DNA of 64,000 nucleotides from Phascolarctobacterium sp. (GTDB lineage Bacteria; Bacillota; Negativicutes; Acidaminococcales; Acidaminococcaceae): NCBI RefSeq assembly GCF_030531065.1, contig NZ_JAUNOQ010000006.1, positions 89,045 to 153,044 of the forward strand, read 5' to 3'. Shown piece by piece: positions 59,848 to 64,000 of this stretch (position 1 is its first letter; each line of letters starts with the position of its first letter). The notes under the pieces were generated by a model. It saw only the letters and a program-made list of their open reading frames with translations, ran no database searches and was not told where the DNA came from. The position numbers and the translations under genes were made by a program.

Positions 59848-61176
59848 ATGAATAAGCTTTTCAAATTCTTAATGGTTACGACATTATGCTTTTTTACTCA
59901 AGTATCGATTGCGGCAAATATAAAAGATTATCCTCGTGTGGCAGTAATGAATTTTGGAAACAAAGCCATTACTAGCAGTGGCTTGCGAGAACATGATTTT
60001 AGCTCCGCTTCAGAGTACGCGATTTTTCAATTGTCTAATTGCGGCTGGTTTGATTTGGTTGATTATGAACAGTTAAGCACTATTGCTAAAATGCACAGCG
60101 TTAATATGTCCGGTTTAGTGGACCCTGCTACTGCTGTTGCTATGGGTAAGTTTGCCGGAGCAGAGTTTATGGTTATTGGCAATGTAACAGGTTTAACTAC
60201 GAAAGAGAATGTTTTTGGCTATCAGCATGGCGGGAAGGGAGGATTAGCTAACGCCCAGCATGTTGTTACAGCTAATGTTGCCGTGCGGATTGTGGATATT
60301 GAAACAGGGCGCATTGTGGCGGCTGGATTAGGAAAAGGCAGTTCTACCAGCACACATACAGAATTAAGCTTTAGAAAATATCGTAATAGAAAAATTGAAA
60401 CGGAAGACATTTCAGACACGATAACTACTGACGTTATTGACGAATATACTAAAAACAGAAAAACGAGCAATAGCAGTTCTGATTCTAGAAAAGTCGACGA
60501 AAAATATAATACTAAGAAAGATGTTTCTGCTTCTGCGAGCGTAACTGAAAACGCAAATGAAAGCAGTACGCAGGAAAATGGAACGAACAGCAGCACTTCG
60601 GTAAGAGATGAAGTTACGACGAGTAAAGGGCAAACGGTTATTTCTGAAAATACTAGCGGTAAAGTTTCCAACAGCGAATTGATGGATATGGGAGGAGAAC
60701 AATCTGATTTAAAGCTGACACCGTATACGGAAGAAAATACGTCTTCTAATAGTAAAAATGATACGTTGCAGAACGACATAACTTCTGTAAATGAAACTAC
60801 TAAAACCGATTCGAAAAACACGTCTTCGACCAATGTAAAATCAAAAGATTATTCTAGTGTAACTAGCGAGAGTGTCAATAATGTAGACGAAAGTGAATTT
60901 GTTGATTCTATGGAAAGTTCTCGAAATAGCTCGGAGGATATCGACGAGACCATAAATCAAGCTAATAATCAAAACCGCGTACAGTCTACTAATAAAAGCA
61001 TTTATTATGAACGCGAAACTGAGGATTATGTGGTTACTATCGGTACGGTAGAAGTATCTGATATTCAGGTAAGGAACGCTATAAGTAAAGCTGTTCGAGA
61101 TGCAATTTATGGCAATACCGGCATTATGACAGTGCTTAATGGCGGTAAAAAATTAAAAATAAAAACAGGATTTTAA
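59848..61176 (+). CDS. CsgG/HfaB-family protein with ~220-aa Ser/Thr/Asn/Glu-rich insertion
   Basis: RVAVMNFGN, WFDLVD, SGLVDPATAVAMGKFAGAEFMVIGNVT, ANVAVRIVDIETGRIVAAG. Confidence 0.72.
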   Translation: MNKLFKFLMVTTLCFFTQVSIAANIKDYPRVAVMNFGNKAITSSGLREHDFSSASEYAIFQLSNCGWFDLVDYEQLSTIAKMHSVNMSGLVDPATAVAMGKFAGAEFMVIGNVTGLTTKENVFGYQHGGKGGLANAQHVVTANVAVRIVDIETGRIVAAGLGKGSSTSTHTELSFRKYRNRKIETEDISDTITTDVIDEYTKNRKTSNSSSDSRKVDEKYNTKKDVSASASVTENANESSTQENGTNSSTSVRDEVTTSKGQTVISENTSGKVSNSELMDMGGEQSDLKLTPYTEENTSSNSKNDTLQNDITSVNETTKTDSKNTSSTNVKSKDYSSVTSESVNNVDESEFVDSMESSRNSSEDIDETINQANNQNRVQSTNKSIYYERETEDYVVTIGTVEVSDIQVRNAISKAVRDAIYGNTGIMTVLNGGKKLKIKTGF

Positions 61177-61190
61177 TTGGAGGGGTTAAT

Positions 61191-62018
61191 GTGAAAAATA
61201 AAATTATTGCGTTGACTTTGGCGTTAAGCAGCATTGCTGCCAACGCTTTTGCCGAGCAACCGGAAGCTGAAAAATATAAAAATATTTTGCAGTCCGGTAC
61301 CTTTTATGTTGAGTATGAAATGGATTACGCTAAGAAAATTTTAGCTGTCCAGGATAATAAAAGAATGGATTATACGGTCTACAAATCTAACGGCAATATG
61401 TTCGCCAGTATGGGCTTGGCTATGATAAATCCATTTTTGGCTTTAGGCGCTTTGTTTATAAAAAATGAAAATAAAATACCTACGGCATATTATGAAGCAG
61501 GAAAATTTTATCAGTTCGAAACTAAGAAGAAAGCTACAATGGCTATCTGGAATCAGCTTAACGACCCTAATTTAGACCCCATGGAAAGTTGGGGCACGGT
61601 TAAACAAAAATTAGCGCTGCCAGAAGAATTAGCTATTTTTGCGCCTAACGATATGTTTAGCGAGAGTCTTGCGGGTTCTGCTGCACCGCATTTTGTGGAA
61701 AGCGGCAACGCTTCTATTGAGAAAAAAGAATTTGTATACGATAAATATTCCTCTAGCGTAACGAGCCGCACGGGTAAGGTGCTGTTTGGAAAAAACTATT
61801 ATTTCTATTATGCCAATGGGGAACTGAAATATATTAAGACTTTTATGTACGACGATACTGCTGGAGAGCAAGCAGTACAAAGCATAGAGATAAAAAAGAT
61901 TACGCAGGAGCTGCCGGAAAATATTCTTAAAATTCCTGAAGGCTGTAAAGTGTATGCCGCTGGTATTGGCGATATGAACGATTTACTAGATAAACCGGTA
62001 TTGGTGGAAGAATATTGA
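61191..62018 (+). CDS. Secreted hypothetical protein (possibly LolA-like fold)
   Basis: Signal peptide; C-terminal P...L.IP.G.KV; resembles the next gene. Confidence 0.65.
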   Translation: MKNKIIALTLALSSIAANAFAEQPEAEKYKNILQSGTFYVEYEMDYAKKILAVQDNKRMDYTVYKSNGNMFASMGLAMINPFLALGALFIKNENKIPTAYYEAGKFYQFETKKKATMAIWNQLNDPNLDPMESWGTVKQKLALPEELAIFAPNDMFSESLAGSAAPHFVESGNASIEKKEFVYDKYSSSVTSRTGKVLFGKNYYFYYANGELKYIKTFMYDDTAGEQAVQSIEIKKITQELPENILKIPEGCKVYAAGIGDMNDLLDKPVLVEEY

Positions 62019-62033
62019 TGGGGGAGATTATAT

Positions 62034-62831
62034 ATGAATTTCAATAAATTTTCAACATTGCTGTTCTCCGTAGCAATGGGGGTTGGCTTTATGCTGGCGG
62101 CTGAAAACGCGGAGGCAAGAAACTCGGATACATATCGTAACTTGCTGATGAAAAAAACATACACTATAAAATATGTCGACATTACGCCGGAGCCGCGAAT
62201 TACTAATAAAGATAAAATCCAGTTTTATGGTAAAAACGATATGGATAGAAGTCAATCGGTATTTTTGACGAATAAGCAAACCGAAAGCGTAGCTGTGGCA
62301 GACGGCGTTGACAGCTATGAGGAAATTGCATCTGGCGCATTTACTCAATGCAGGTTACAAAAAGGCTCGGACGTATTTCTCTTTGTAAAATATAACGACG
62401 GAAAAAAGCAAGAGGTTTATGGCAATAAAAAGGGAAGCGTCGCAGCTGTTGATAGAAACTATATTGCTAACGCTATGCAGGGAGCGACATATGGCAGCAG
62501 CCGTATGTCGAGATATTTAAACGCTTTATTGCCTGACGATGGGAAAAGTGCCGATATGCCGAGCTTCAGATATATTGGTGCAGGCTGGCTGGATAACGGC
62601 TTGAATTATGAAGACTATAAATCGGACGAGAAAGATATGTTCGAAGCGGTAAGATATTATTTTAATGGATATAATTTGGTGAAAATAGCGGCGGTGCAAT
62701 ATTGGACAAATAGCGCAGGCGTTATGGAAGGCAATAAGACCATTATTAAGATTAATGAATTTTCGCCGACTCCTGATAAAGCATATTTAGAATTACCGGC
62801 GGGAGTAAAGGTTAAAGCTAAGAAAAAATAA
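62034..62831 (+). CDS. Secreted hypothetical protein (possibly LolA-like fold), probable paralog of 61191-62018
   Basis: Signal peptide ending AEA; Y..Y.........RYYF.G..LVKI and C-terminal PDKAYLELPAGVKV. Confidence 0.65.
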   Translation: MNFNKFSTLLFSVAMGVGFMLAAENAEARNSDTYRNLLMKKTYTIKYVDITPEPRITNKDKIQFYGKNDMDRSQSVFLTNKQTESVAVADGVDSYEEIASGAFTQCRLQKGSDVFLFVKYNDGKKQEVYGNKKGSVAAVDRNYIANAMQGATYGSSRMSRYLNALLPDDGKSADMPSFRYIGAGWLDNGLNYEDYKSDEKDMFEAVRYYFNGYNLVKIAAVQYWTNSAGVMEGNKTIIKINEFSPTPDKAYLELPAGVKVKAKKK

Positions 62832-62840
62832 AAGCGGGGG

Positions 62841-63677
62841 ATGAAAATGAACAAGATAACGGCTCTATTGTCTGCTTTGCTGATATGCGGAGGTATGCAA
62901 GCAAGTACAGTGTTGGCGAATGATACTCCTTCTTGCGTATTTATGAAATTTACCGACGATACACGTTTCGACAGAATTGAATCTACCGGTACGTTGTCCG
63001 ACTTGGTTATGGAAAAGTTGTTGACGAGCGGTAAATTTAATTTTAAAGAAACTAAGGTCATCGATGAAAATTTAGAAAAAAGATTATATGACGAACGCGC
63101 ACAGGAATTTGCCAACGCTCGTTGGGCTATGAATTATGGCAATTACAGCGTACTGTTTGAAGGAGCTGGCTTTAACGAGAATAAAGCTCAAACCATAGCG
63201 GCTGCGACGGTAGGACAATTTGTATCGCCTGGTATTATTGCCAGTATAGGATTGGCTAATAAGGCAGACTATTTAATTCAGGGAACAATTATCAATTTAG
63301 GAACGGGGAACTGGCTGGATAATAAAATTGCTAATATCGCTCAAGGCGCTAATACCGCTATGTCCGTAATGGGCGCTTCCGGCGCGGCTAATTTGCTGGG
63401 ACCGGTGGGGATGCTGGCAAGTAATGTGTCCGTAAAAAAGACCGGCGTAGGCGTTCAAGCTGATTTAAGGCTTATAAAGGCCGCAACGGGGGAAGTTGTA
63501 TGGCATAAATGCGTAACTGGCTCCGATACGCAAAAGCAGGTTAATGTTGGCTTCATTAAAATTGGCAGCGATAAATTAAATAACGATATGTATTATAAAG
63601 CTATGGAAGCAACCTCTCAACTAATTGCCGACGCTTTGATTAGCGATTTAGACGCTGGCAAGCTGTTCTTAAAATAA
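62841..63677 (+). CDS. CsgG/HfaB (TolB-N-like) family protein
   Basis: Signal peptide; CVFMKFTD, ADYLIQGTI.NL, VQADLRLIKAATGEVVW. Confidence 0.6.
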   Translation: MKMNKITALLSALLICGGMQASTVLANDTPSCVFMKFTDDTRFDRIESTGTLSDLVMEKLLTSGKFNFKETKVIDENLEKRLYDERAQEFANARWAMNYGNYSVLFEGAGFNENKAQTIAAATVGQFVSPGIIASIGLANKADYLIQGTIINLGTGNWLDNKIANIAQGANTAMSVMGASGAANLLGPVGMLASNVSVKKTGVGVQADLRLIKAATGEVVWHKCVTGSDTQKQVNVGFIKIGSDKLNNDMYYKAMEATSQLIADALISDLDAGKLFLK

Positions 63678-63687
63678 GGAAGAGAAT

Positions 63688-64000
63688 ATGAAAATAATTC
63701 CTTATATACTAAGCGCTTTATTGTTGGGGGTGCATGTTGTTGCTTCGGCAGCTTCGGTAGACAGAAACGCAACTGTTGCCGTTATGGATTTTGGCACTCG
63801 TCCAGGAGCGACTACTGCTGAAATCAATATTAACAATGCGGAACATACGTCTTGCGATTATATAATTACCAGATTGGTCAACCGCAATTGTTTTAATGTT
63901 ATGGAAAAAGAATTTGCCCTGAACAGCGCTAAGAACGAAGGCTTGAATATAGTAGGCTTGATAGATCCCGATACGGCTAAAAGAATAGGAGAACTACTTA
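63688..64000 (+). CDS. CsgG/HfaB-family protein, 3'-truncated by window edge
   Basis: MKIIPYILSALLLGVHVVASA signal; TVAVMDFG; F.VME; GLIDPDTAKRIGELL. Confidence 0.7.
   Translation, partial: MKIIPYILSALLLGVHVVASAASVDRNATVAVMDFGTRPGATTAEININNAEHTSCDYIITRLVNRNCFNVMEKEFALNSAKNEGLNIVGLIDPDTAKRIGELL

Overview
Chromosomal segment that looks like a Negativicutes (diderm Firmicute, probably Acidaminococcaceae/Phascolarctobacterium-like) genome. This is inferred from T-box leaders and Firmicute-type housekeeping genes sitting next to outer-membrane proteins, including a trimeric autotransporter with a C-terminal SLH domain. Left to right: trmL-queD-folE2-folP-folK-pepT; a YadA-type adhesin; an RND pump; thioesterase and acyl-CoA dehydrogenase; an MNT-HEPN TA pair; lspA-rluD-pyrR-lutC-deoB-udp; an accessory block at about 21.2-28.9 kb (Phd-PIN TA, arginase remnant, type III R-M with a nonsense-interrupted mod, an unannotated type I TA locus and a Phd-RelE TA, punctuated by four copies of one hairpin); a T-box-controlled trpEGDCFBA operon; sbcDC; xpt-pbuX-amidohydrolase; five tRNAs; a small basic ORF with a terminator inside its coding sequence (candidate ArfA/BrfA-like ribosome rescue factor); an RpiR-regulated amino-acid catabolic islet; T-box pheST; an LDH/MDH gene; an nfo remnant; and an AT-rich island running off the right edge (AAA-DUF4143 ATPase, XRE regulator, cluster of secreted CsgG/HfaB-, FlgT- and possibly LolA-like proteins). 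Best leads: the non-stop rescue-factor candidate, a CsgG-like protein with a ~220-residue Ser/Thr-rich insertion in its predicted beta-hairpin, the hairpin-delimited defence cassette array, and the type I TA locus. All family assignments come from motif recognition by eye; no searches were run.
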